Source of the DNA: Candidatus Niyogibacteria bacterium
Lineage (GTDB): Bacteria > Patescibacteriota > Minisyncoccia > JACROR01
Assembly: GCA_016214345.1 (NCBI GenBank)
Contig: JACROR010000011.1
Location: 1-48,100, forward strand
Length of the DNA: 48,100 bases
Reading direction: 5' to 3'
Below the pieces are notes generated by a model. It was not told where the DNA came from, did not search any database, and saw only the letters and a program-made list of their open reading frames with translations. A program made the position numbers and the translations under genes. Below, piece by piece: positions 29,401 to 36,588 of the stretch (its first letter is position 1; every line of letters begins with the position of its first letter).

Positions 29401-29986
29401 CTTGCGCCACTTCAAAATTGGCAAGCGTGGTCTCACAGCGCGGGCAGATGTGCATCGGCTTGTACCCTTCATATATAAGCCCCTTGTCGTAGAGCGTTTT
29501 GAAAACCCACCATACCGATTCGGTATAGGTGGCGTCCATGGTCTTGTAGTCGCTTTCCATGTCTACAAAGCGTCCCACGCGCGGAATTATTTTTTTCCAA
29601 TCATCCGAGTAACGAAGCACGCTTTTTTTCGCCGCTTCGTTAAATTTCGCGATGCCGAATTTTTCTATGTCTTTTTTGTGTTCCAACCCCAGATCTTTTT
29701 CGATCAAATTCTCCACTGGCAATCCATGACAGTCCCAACCCCAGCGGCGCGGAACCCTGTACCCTTTCATGGTGCGATAGCGCGGCACCGCGTCTTTCAA
29801 AATACTCTGCAAAATATGCCCGTAATGCGGCAAGCCCGTGGCAAAAGGCGGGCCGTCGTAAAATACAAAATCTCCGCGCGGCGCGGCTTTCTCAAGCGAT
29901 CGTTCAAAAATGCGATTTTCCTGCCAAAACCGCAAAACCTCCTCCTCGCCCCATTTATTTTTGCCGGATTTTTCTTCTTCGGACAT
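26408..29986 (-). CDS. ileS: Isoleucine--tRNA ligase (type 2-like) with inserted histidine-phosphatase domain
   Basis: DGPPFATGLPHYGH, GWDCHGLP, WTTTPWTLP, DWAISRSRFWG, KMSKR; internal RHGES domain. Confidence 0.98.
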   Translation of the reverse strand: MSEEEKSGKNKWGEEEVLRFWQENRIFERSLEKAAPRGDFVFYDGPPFATGLPHYGHILQSILKDAVPRYRTMKGYRVPRRWGWDCHGLPVENLIEKDLGLEHKKDIEKFGIAKFNEAAKKSVLRYSDDWKKIIPRVGRFVDMESDYKTMDATYTESVWWVFKTLYDKGLIYEGYKPMHICPRCETTLANFEVAQGYKDITDLSVTVKFKLEAGQKIGDFTTDENTYILAWTTTPWTLPGNVALAINNEIVYCKLKIKNEKLKIPEFYIFAKERIAEVLKDEPYEIISEFKGSNLVGKKYQPIFSAQGGPASDREETDKWENAYKIYGADFVTTEEGAGVVHIAPAFGEDDMNLGQKENLPFIQHVSMDGKFKPEVTDFAGMYVKPKSEDEKERLSADIAVIKYLQEHGNFFDKKKITHSYPHCWRCDTPLLNYAASSWFVKVTSIKDGKGGLLDNNQKINWVPGHIKDGRFGKWLTGARDWAISRSRFWGAPLPVWRCGKCEAVKVLGSREDLRASSALSGNKYFVMRHGESENNVKNIVNSNIENNHYALTEKGRAEAKKSAAALKGKGVNLIIHSDFRRTQETAEIVAKELGVAQNAVIADPRAREYNVGIFDRQDAANYHKYFSSREEKFYKNPPEGENLTELKNRMAGFLYDIDKKYRGKNILIVSHEYPIWMLSAGAEGADTPRSLAMKEDKDNFIHYAEVQALDFYPLPHNANFELDFHRPYIDEIKLPCSCGGEVSRVPEVFDCWFESGSMPYGQIHYPFENKELFEKNFPAEFIAEAVDQTRGWFYNLLVLSTALFGKPAFKNVITSGIILAEDGQKMSKRLKNYPDPMEVVEKYGADALRLYLLSSPVVRAESLNFSEKGVDEINKKIILRLTNVYNFYEMYAPEGVYTDLEAKPPKSENMLDKWIVARLKEVLSEVSASMDSYELDRAVRPVGEFVDDLSTWYLRRSRERFKEEGEDKASAVATTRYVFLQFAKLTAPFAPFVSEKIYQLLGGDKESVHLEDYPELPRPDEAEMALVRFMQEVRRLVSLGLEARAKAGIKVRQPLAALKLKTKNQNLEPDEKLARLLKDELNVKEIIFDESIVGDVELDLVISQELKEEGMLRELARKIQDMRKNMNLLPQDKVDLAFVAEGEARSLLEKYKNDLMVAVSAREINLNAIPEDFFKEELALDYGVVTIGIKK

Positions 29987-30044
29987 GAATCTATTGTAAT
30001 AAAAAAAGCGCCTTTATTAAAGCGCTTTCCATAATCAAATATTA

Positions 30045-31646
30045 TCACATTTTATCCGGCGCGTTGATGCCCAGAAGGCCCAAAACGGTTTTCAGGATCT
30101 TTTGCGTTTCGCTGATCAAATAAATCCTCGCCGCCTCGTTCTCTCCGGAATTCAGCACCCGCACATCGCGGTAAAATCCGCTGAAAGCGTAAGCCAATTC
30201 GTAGGCGTAAGAGGTCAGGCGATGCACCTGATAATCCGCGGCCGTATCTTCCACAATCTCCGAAAATCTCGCCAATTTTTTGATCAAGGCAAGTTCCGAT
30301 GGATGTTGCAACCCCACGATAGAAATTCGTTTCTTTAATTTCGCCCCGCCTTTAGCATTCTTCAAAATACTGCTTATCCTCGCGTGGGCATATTGCACGT
30401 AATAAACCGGATTTTCCGCCGACTGCTTTTTGGCAAGCTCCAGATCAAAATCCATGTGGGTATTTAACGCCTTGTCCAAGAAAAACCACCGCAGCGCGTC
30501 AATGCCAACTTCCCGCAGCAGGTCTTCCAAATAAATCACGTTACCCGCGCGTTTGGAAAACTTTTTGCGCAATGCGCCAACTTTTAGCGTTACTAATTGC
30601 GAAATTAAAATATTCAGGTCGCCCTTCCAACCGAGCATTTTTTTCGTCGCCTCCATTCTTTTGACATGACCATGATGATCCGCGCCCCAGATGTCAATCA
30701 CTTTTTTGTATCCTCGTTTGAATTTATCCGCGTGATAAGTGATGTCCGACAAAAAATAGGAATATGATTTATCCGAGCGCACCACCACGCGATCCTCGTC
30801 GTCTCCGAACTCGGCGGTTTTCAGCCACATTGCTCCGTCTTTTTCATAAACCAGTTTTTCTTTTTGGAGCGACGTCAAAGTCTTTTCAAAAATTCCTTTG
30901 GCGCGCAAAGCGCCCTCTTCCGAATACCATTTTCCGAATTTTATTCCCAAATCAGCCTCAATGAATTTTTTATTATCTTTCTGAATCTCTTCCGCAAGCA
31001 AAAATCCCGCCTCGCCATATAGATTAGTTTGTAGTTTGTAGTCCGCCGGCTGGCGGATAGGTTGTAGGTTTTTGAGTTTCGCGCTTTGCGCTTTACGCTT
31101 TACGCTCAAATAATCCGTCAGATATTTCGTGCCCTCGCCCAGCGCGGTTTTACCCAGCTCTTTTATCTGCGCGGACTCTTTGGAATCATTGATGAAATAT
31201 TCCCGATCCACGCGGCAACCCGCGTAAACAAACACGCGGGAGAGCGCGTCGCCGTAAAAAGCGCCTCGGCCGTGGCCGATATGAAGTTTGCCGGTCGGAT
31301 TGGCGGAAATGAATTCCAAATTAATCTTTCCGGCTTTTTTGGGAAATTTTTTGCCTAAACTTTCAAATGCGCGCCGGAGCGCCGCGTGAGAAAGCCAAAA
31401 ATTCAGAAATCCGGGGCCCGCCACCTCCGTCTTCTCTACATATTCATTGAATCGCGCAGATCCACGCAATTTATCCGCGAGCTTTTGAGCTACTTCTTTG
31501 GGATTGCCCGTCCGCAAAACCAAAGCGGCGTTCGTGGCATAATCTCCGAACCGCTCTTCCGCCGCGACTTCAAAATTTATCTCTTTGCCATAAAGATTAA
31601 AAATCGCTTTTTTGAGTTCGGTTTTCAGAAAATCGCGCGTGGTCAT
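30045..31646 (-). CDS. argS: Arginine--tRNA ligase
   Basis: FGDYATNAAL, GPGFLNF, EFISANPTGKLHIGHGR, GADHHG, YYVQYAHARI. Start moved to ATG 31646 because the upstream extension overlaps a terminator and a small ORF. Confidence 0.96.
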   Translation of the reverse strand: MTTRDFLKTELKKAIFNLYGKEINFEVAAEERFGDYATNAALVLRTGNPKEVAQKLADKLRGSARFNEYVEKTEVAGPGFLNFWLSHAALRRAFESLGKKFPKKAGKINLEFISANPTGKLHIGHGRGAFYGDALSRVFVYAGCRVDREYFINDSKESAQIKELGKTALGEGTKYLTDYLSVKRKAQSAKLKNLQPIRQPADYKLQTNLYGEAGFLLAEEIQKDNKKFIEADLGIKFGKWYSEEGALRAKGIFEKTLTSLQKEKLVYEKDGAMWLKTAEFGDDEDRVVVRSDKSYSYFLSDITYHADKFKRGYKKVIDIWGADHHGHVKRMEATKKMLGWKGDLNILISQLVTLKVGALRKKFSKRAGNVIYLEDLLREVGIDALRWFFLDKALNTHMDFDLELAKKQSAENPVYYVQYAHARISSILKNAKGGAKLKKRISIVGLQHPSELALIKKLARFSEIVEDTAADYQVHRLTSYAYELAYAFSGFYRDVRVLNSGENEAARIYLISETQKILKTVLGLLGINAPDKM

Positions 31647-31689
31647 AAATTCATTATCGTTTTGTTTACCGTATTTTGCAAACCTTACC

Positions 31690-31723
31690 AAAATAAAAGG
31701 CGCTCCGTTTAACGGAACGCCTT
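31690..31723 (-). terminator. Intrinsic terminator after the small ORF
   Basis: Minus strand AAGGCGTTCCGTTAAACGGAGCGCCTT followed by TTATTTT. Confidence 0.65.
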
Positions 31724-31756
31724 GATAGCTGGTCTTATTGCGCGCCCTTACTTCTC

Positions 31757-31846
31757 CTAAATATAAGGAAAAAGGAGCGCGAATAGGATAAGCAGGAAAC
31801 ACGCGATCATGCACAGATGAGCCAATTTTTCAAAAGCGTTGCGCAT
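31757..31846 (-). CDS. Small single-TM peptide (29 aa), not in the ORF track
   Basis: SD AAAGGAG, then MRNAFEKLAHLCMIACFLLILFALLFPYI*, then a terminator. Confidence 0.55.
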   Translation of the reverse strand: MRNAFEKLAHLCMIACFLLILFALLFPYI

Positions 31847-31857
31847 ACTCTTCTCCT

Positions 31858-32214
31858 TTAAATGTGGCGGATGGTTTGGCGGCGGTCGCAGAGCAATTTT
31901 TTCTCGCGGCCGCGCGGTCCATGAGATTCGTGAATCTTGTCGCCCTTCCGCACGATCACGCCGTGCATCCGGAATATCTGATGCCGCGGCTCAAAGGTCG
32001 GAACATTTTCCAGAGCGCTCTCCGCGATAACATGCTCCGATGCCCCGCTTTCCGCCGGCTTTTCTGCCGCAAGCACCGGCTCTTTCCGCCGTTCGCGCGG
32101 ATGATGATCGCTTTGCGCGGCAACCCGCGCGCGCTTCGCCTGCCGTTCCTCTTTGACGATCAGAAAATCGTCCAACGACCGGAAAAGGCGCCTATTCGAT
32201 ATTGGCCTTGCCAT
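31858..32214 (-). CDS. Hypothetical basic protein (118 aa)
   Basis: SD GGAGG upstream of ATG; apparent operon with the small TM peptide; no recognisable motif. Confidence 0.55.
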   Translation of the reverse strand: MARPISNRRLFRSLDDFLIVKEERQAKRARVAAQSDHHPRERRKEPVLAAEKPAESGASEHVIAESALENVPTFEPRHQIFRMHGVIVRKGDKIHESHGPRGREKKLLCDRRQTIRHI

Positions 32215-32328
32215 AAAACCTCCAAAAATGTTGTAAAATAACCGTTTTTTACTTTAAAAACAATATATCACTTTTTACCAGAAAAGTCAATAGTTTAATA
32301 ACCTCCTGAAAATGAGTATTATTTCAAT

Positions 32329-32772
32329 ATGCCTACGCTGATACAAAACAAACGGGCGCATTTTGATTACGAGATCCTGGAAAAATTGGAAGCCGGTTTG
32401 GAATTGCGCGGCTTTGAAACCAAAGCGTTGAAAAACGGCATGGGAAGTCTGGTGGGTAGCCGCGTGCTTATCCGCGGCGGAGAGGCCTTTGTGGTCAATA
32501 TGGAAATAGCGCCCTACCAGCCGGCCAACGCGCCCAAAGATTACGACTCACGCGCTCCGCGGCGGCTGCTTTTACACAAAAAAGAAATAAGCTATCTGGA
32601 AGGCAAATCTCATGAGAAAGGCTTGACTTTGGTGCCAATTTCGTTGTATACTAAGGGCAATTTGATCAAGCTGGAATTCGGCGTGGGTCGCGGCAAGAAA
32701 AAATCCGACAAACGGGAAGCAATCCAAGAGCGTGAAACCAAACGCAAAATAGAGCGCACATTGAAATTGTAG
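32329..32772 (+). CDS. smpB: SsrA-binding protein SmpB
   Basis: NKRAHFDYEILEKLEAGLEL.G.E.K, RRLLLHKKEI, GLTLVP, GKKKSDKRE. Confidence 0.98.
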   Translation: MPTLIQNKRAHFDYEILEKLEAGLELRGFETKALKNGMGSLVGSRVLIRGGEAFVVNMEIAPYQPANAPKDYDSRAPRRLLLHKKEISYLEGKSHEKGLTLVPISLYTKGNLIKLEFGVGRGKKKSDKREAIQERETKRKIERTLKL

Positions 32773-32779
32773 GGTCTGA

Positions 32780-33076
32780 CCCCCACACTAATTAAGGATT
32801 TGAATCATGTTCTATGTTTATATATTACAAAGTTTGAAAGATAAACAATTATACATCGGCTACTCCGAAGATTTGAAACGCAGAATACAAGAACATGATT
32901 CAGGCAAAAATAAATCAACAAAATACCGAAGACCATTTAGACTGGTTTATTACGAGGCGTATCAATCGAAAATGGATGCGCAAAACAGAGAAACCAATTT
33001 AAAGCTTTTTGGTAGGGCGTTGGGAGGATTAAAGCGGAGAATTAAAATCAGCTTAAATCCTTAATTAGTGTGGGGG
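32780..33076. mobile_element. 22-bp inverted-repeat-bounded cassette carrying a GIY-YIG gene
   Basis: CCCCCACACTAATTAAGGATTT (32780-32801) / AAATCCTTAATTAGTGTGGGGG (33055-33076), a perfect inverted repeat. Mobility is inferred. Confidence 0.7.
32807..33064 (+). CDS. Stand-alone GIY-YIG nuclease
   Basis: FYVYILQS...LYIGYSEDLKRRIQEH..G...STKYRRP..LVYYE......A..RE..LK. Confidence 0.93.
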   Translation: MFYVYILQSLKDKQLYIGYSEDLKRRIQEHDSGKNKSTKYRRPFRLVYYEAYQSKMDAQNRETNLKLFGRALGGLKRRIKISLNP

Positions 33077-33416
33077 ATGATCGGCTTCGAAGGAGGTTTG
33101 ATAATTTTGCTTCAGGCAGAGCATGGCAACACAACTCTTTAAACTGATTGCCAAAAATCATTGCAAACAAACAACTTGCATACGCTTAACGCCTAAGGGC
33201 GTTTCGCCGTCCGCTTCGCTGACATCCTATACGCGAAACCGGGCGTAAACTTATAGGGTCTGATTCTGCGATGTCTCTAAACAGAATGACCAACAGAGGC
33301 AAACCTTTCCGGTTTTTGTCTGATTAACACCGTAAAGTTCTACCAATCAGTCTAAGTCTGTAAACCGCGAATTAAACAACCTTCTCACGCGGGTTCGATT
33401 CCCGCCGTCTCCACAA
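33073..33416 (+). ncRNA. ssrA: tmRNA
   Basis: GGGGATG/CGTCTCC acceptor with G3-U, T-arm GCGGG-TTCGATT-CCCGC, tag ORF ANKQLAYA* at 33163-33189, downstream of smpB. The 3' end reads ACAA. Confidence 0.93.
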
Positions 33417-33425
33417 GAATAACGA

Positions 33426-33443
33426 GTCCGCCAGCTGGCGGAC
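33426..33443. repeat. Palindrome GTCCGCCAGCTGGCGGAC
   Basis: Identical to 1460-1477. Confidence 0.85.
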
Positions 33444-33486
33444 GACTATATTTTTGTAGGATGTCGCGCTTTGCGCGGCGCCACAA

Positions 33487-33524
33487 ACAAAAAACAGCTC
33501 CGCTTTGGCGGAGCTGTTTTTTGT
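33487..33524 (+). terminator. Intrinsic terminator after tmRNA
   Basis: ACAAAAAACAGCTCCGC-tttg-GCGGAGCTGTTTTTTGT. Confidence 0.8.
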
Positions 33525-33568
33525 TATCTGTTTTGGAAAAGGCATGAAAGTATGATATTAAACAGCTT

Positions 33569-34276
33569 ATGCGCATTCAAAAATATTTTTCGCAAAATAA
33601 AATAATGTCGCGCCGGGAAACCGAAGACTATATCCGCCAAGGCCTGATTTCATGCAACGGCAAAGTCGTAAAAGATTTAGGTTTTCAAATGGACCCCGCA
33701 AAAGACAAAATTAAAATTTTAAAGGCGTTGAAATTTGAAAAATCGGGTCTTCGCGAGAAAATAACATTCGCCTTAAACAAACCAAAAGGATTTGTTTCTT
33801 CTAAAAATAAATCGGAGGGCAAAACTATCTTTGAAATTTCCGATGATTTTTTAGAATTGAATGCCGTGGGCCGGCTGGATAAAGAAAGCGAGGGTTTGAT
33901 TTTGCTTTCCAATGACGGAGTAATAACTTCCGCGGTCACCGGCAGCGACCATAAAATTGAAAAAGAATATGAAGTAAAAACGCGCGAAAAACTAAACGCG
34001 GGGATGATCAGAAAAATGGAAAACGGCCTAATGCTTGATGATGGCATGACTTTACCGGCAGAAGCGCGGCTGATAAATGATAAAACTTTCAGAATAATTT
34101 TACGCGAAGGCAGTAAACATCAAATCCGCAGAATGGCCGCCGCGCTTAATTTAACGATTTTGCAATTAAAAAGACTGCGGGTGGGAAATATTACTTTGGA
34201 CAAATTGCCTATTGGAAAATATAGAAAACTTTCAGAAAGTGAAATTCAAAATTTAAAAAAAATTAGCAAGAATTAA
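33569..34276 (+). CDS. RsuA/RluB family pseudouridine synthase
   Basis: S4 domain, LNKPKG, VGRLDKESEGLILLSNDG, EKEYEV, HQIRRM. Confidence 0.95.
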   Translation: MRIQKYFSQNKIMSRRETEDYIRQGLISCNGKVVKDLGFQMDPAKDKIKILKALKFEKSGLREKITFALNKPKGFVSSKNKSEGKTIFEISDDFLELNAVGRLDKESEGLILLSNDGVITSAVTGSDHKIEKEYEVKTREKLNAGMIRKMENGLMLDDGMTLPAEARLINDKTFRIILREGSKHQIRRMAAALNLTILQLKRLRVGNITLDKLPIGKYRKLSESEIQNLKKISKN

Positions 34277-34392
34277 ACAAGGCGATATGATCGCCCTACC
34301 AGGATCAATTGCGCCCCTCTCCTTAATATGCTTATATGTATAGGCATCGGCACTTTAAAAATTATATAAAAATATGAATTTACGGAGGGAAT

Positions 34393-35208
34393 ATGCGCAT
34401 AAAATGCTCTTTTTTGATCGCCTTTTGGGCAATAATTGTAAGCATGGCAATTTCATTAGCCGACACTCCTAACACGTACGCCGCGGATGCGGGCAAGTCG
34501 CTCCCTTTTCAGGTCGGCGAAAGACTCGTTTATGAAATTTCTTGGTCAGGATTTATCGGCGGCGAGGCTATTATCCAAATAAACGGACAAGTTCAGCGAG
34601 AAGACGCGCGCGTACTCCTAATTAACACTACCGCGAGATCCACGGGCCTATTACGCCTGTTATACCCCATTGAAGACGTGTCATTGTCTTATTTTGACAT
34701 TGATAACCTGCGAAGTTGCGGCGCGGATGTTCATATTACGGAAAACAATTACAAAAAACACGCGGAAATAACTTTTGATCATAAAAAAAATATCGCCACT
34801 TACAAGACCAACGAAGAAACACCGCAAGAATATCCCATAACTAAAAATACGAATGACGCATTTTCCGCTCTTTACGCCTTCCGCGCCATGCGTGACCGGA
34901 TAAAGATTGGCGAATCCATGTCTCTTCCGGTATTTGACGATCGCAAACAACACGAACTTATCATAAAGGTTCTTCGCCAAGAAAAAGTCTCGCTCGCGCG
35001 CGGAAGCGTTAACACAATAGTAGCGACATTTTTTCTGGAATCCGGCGGCCTATTCCAACAAAAAGGTGAAATGACTGTTTGGTTTAGCGACGACGCGGCT
35101 TTCGCGCCCATAAAGATCAAGGCGAACGCTTCTATCGGAACATTTTACATAACTCTCAAAGAATGGAGCGGCGTAACGCTACAAGTCGTTCCTTTCAAAA
35201 CGCGATAA
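34393..35208 (+). CDS. Secreted DUF3108-like protein
   Basis: Signal peptide, PFQVGERLVYEISW, D.FSALY..R, VWFSDD...PIKIK; SD GGAGG. Confidence 0.8.
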   Translation: MRIKCSFLIAFWAIIVSMAISLADTPNTYAADAGKSLPFQVGERLVYEISWSGFIGGEAIIQINGQVQREDARVLLINTTARSTGLLRLLYPIEDVSLSYFDIDNLRSCGADVHITENNYKKHAEITFDHKKNIATYKTNEETPQEYPITKNTNDAFSALYAFRAMRDRIKIGESMSLPVFDDRKQHELIIKVLRQEKVSLARGSVNTIVATFFLESGGLFQQKGEMTVWFSDDAAFAPIKIKANASIGTFYITLKEWSGVTLQVVPFKTR

Positions 35209-35226
35209 TCGTAGAACAAAACGGTT

Positions 35227-35264
35227 TAAAAATCGCCGCCATTAATTGGAACGGCGATTTTTTA
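35227..35264 (+). terminator. Intrinsic terminator
   Basis: AAAAATCGCCG...CGGCGATTTTTT. Confidence 0.65.
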
Positions 35265-35267
35265 ATA

Positions 35268-35317
35268 GTTTACATAGGTGCCACCTATGTAAACGGTTTC
35301 CAAGGTGGCACCTTGGA
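35268..35317. repeat. Inverted pair of REP-like palindromes (AGGTG-S-CACCT core)
   Basis: GTTTACATAGGTGCCACCTATGTAAAC (35268-94) and TCCAAGGTGGCACCTTGGA (35299-317). Confidence 0.8.
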
Positions 35318-35432
35318 TTGAGATAAAACCTAAAAACTAGCACCTACAACTAAAACCTATTTCGCGCTTGAACGGCGCGAAACTATGTGCTAATCTATTT
35401 AAATATATAAGGCCGCGAGAGGCCTTTAATTC

Positions 35433-35954
35433 ATAAAGCATCTGGAAAAAAGACCAAGGATCAACAATAGAATAACTGCGTCTCCCCTACAGTTAGTGGG
35501 CAATCAAGGCGAAAACTTGGGCGTAGTCAGCATAGAGGAGGCTCTCCGCCTGGCGGAAGAAGCCGGACTGGACTTGATCGAGATAGCGCCTACCGCCAAG
35601 CCGCCCGTGTGCCGGATCATGGAATACGGCAAATACCTCTACCTGCAGGAAAAAAAGGCGCGCGAATCGGCGAAAAAATCGCACACCAGCGAATTGCGGA
35701 ATTTGCGGGTCAACATCGGCACTTCCCAGCACGACCTGGAATTGAAGGCTCAAAAGGCTTCGGAATTCTTGAAAGACGGAGATCGCGTGCGGATAGAGCT
35801 GGCGCTCAAAGGACGCGCCAAATATATGGATAAAAGCTTCATAAATGAGCGCCTCCAGCGGATATTGCATCTTATAACGGAAAAGCATAAAATCATGGAA
35901 AGTCCCAAAAAGGGGCCCCGCGGCATATCCATACTTATAGAAAAAGACAAATAA
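35433..35954 (+). CDS. infC: Translation initiation factor IF-3, non-AUG start
   Basis: RINNRI..LQLVG..GENLGVV, LDLIEIAPTAKPPVCRIMEYGKYLY. The frame opens after TAA 35427-29 with no ATG/GTG/TTG before the conserved N-terminus; ATA 35433 or CTG 35442 are candidates. Confidence 0.92.
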   Translation: MKHLEKRPRINNRITASPLQLVGNQGENLGVVSIEEALRLAEEAGLDLIEIAPTAKPPVCRIMEYGKYLYLQEKKARESAKKSHTSELRNLRVNIGTSQHDLELKAQKASEFLKDGDRVRIELALKGRAKYMDKSFINERLQRILHLITEKHKIMESPKKGPRGISILIEKDK

Positions 35955-35955
35955 T

Positions 35956-36156
35956 ATGGCCAAGACCAATTACAAAACCAATAAGTCCTACGCCAAACGG
36001 CTGAAAATCACCAAAAACGGCAAGGTGCTCGCGCGCGTGGCGGGACAAAACCATTTCAATGCCAAAGAATCGCGTTCCAAGCAAATGGGACAAAAAGGCT
36101 GGGTGGCCTTTCCTTTGGGCAAAAAAGAGCTTAAGAAATATCTGCCCAATCTGTAA
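35956..36156 (+). CDS. rpmI: 50S ribosomal protein L35
   Basis: KTNKSYAKRLKITKNGK...GQNH; infC-rpmI-rplT order. Confidence 0.93.
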   Translation: MAKTNYKTNKSYAKRLKITKNGKVLARVAGQNHFNAKESRSKQMGQKGWVAFPLGKKELKKYLPNL

Positions 36157-36172
36157 ATTAAATTAAACTTTT

Positions 36173-36529
36173 ATGACACGGGTAAAACGAGGAACTACGG
36201 CGATAAAGAAACGAAGGACGATCTTGCGCAAGACCAAGGGTTTTAAGTGGGGGCGCAAATCCAAAGAACGACTCGCCAGAGAGGCGCTGCTTCACGCGGG
36301 CACGCACGCCTTCAACGACCGCCGCAAGAAAAAAAGGGATTTCCGCGCGCTCTGGCAGATACAGATAGGCGCCGCGACGAGGATCCACGGACTCTCTTAC
36401 AGCAGATTTATTGATGGCATGAAAAAAGCGGGACTCAACTTGAACCGAAAAGTACTCTCCGAGATGGCGCAAAAACAACCGGACATCTTCAAAGAAATAG
36501 TGGAATCGGTTAAACAAGTAAAAGCGTAG
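36173..36529 (+). CDS. rplT: 50S ribosomal protein L20
   Basis: MTRVKRG, DRRKKKRDFRALW, SYSRFI, LNRKVLSEMA. Confidence 0.98.
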   Translation: MTRVKRGTTAIKKRRTILRKTKGFKWGRKSKERLAREALLHAGTHAFNDRRKKKRDFRALWQIQIGAATRIHGLSYSRFIDGMKKAGLNLNRKVLSEMAQKQPDIFKEIVESVKQVKA

Positions 36530-36555
36530 AGCTAAAAACTTAAAAAATGGCGTCA

Positions 36556-36587
36556 CAAAAAATTTCCCCAAGGTGGGAAATTTTTTG
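36556..36587. terminator. Bidirectional terminator rplT/polX
   Basis: CAAAAAATTTCCC...GGGAAATTTTTTG. Confidence 0.75.
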
Positions 36588-36588
36588 T

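Noticed and set aside
13813-31646. T-box riboswitches before the aaRS genes
   Set aside because: Leaders are very short or absent, and no T-box consensus was seen.
31647-31814. N-terminal extension of ArgRS in the ORF track
   Set aside because: Overlaps a terminator and a better-supported small ORF; ArgRS-like sequence starts at ATG 31646.
31864-32241. 125-aa plus-strand ORF
   Set aside because: Antisense to the SD-supported minus-strand ORF 31858-32214.
33385-33576. 63-aa minus-strand ORF ending VETAGIEPA
   Set aside because: Antisense read-through of the tmRNA T-arm and terminators.
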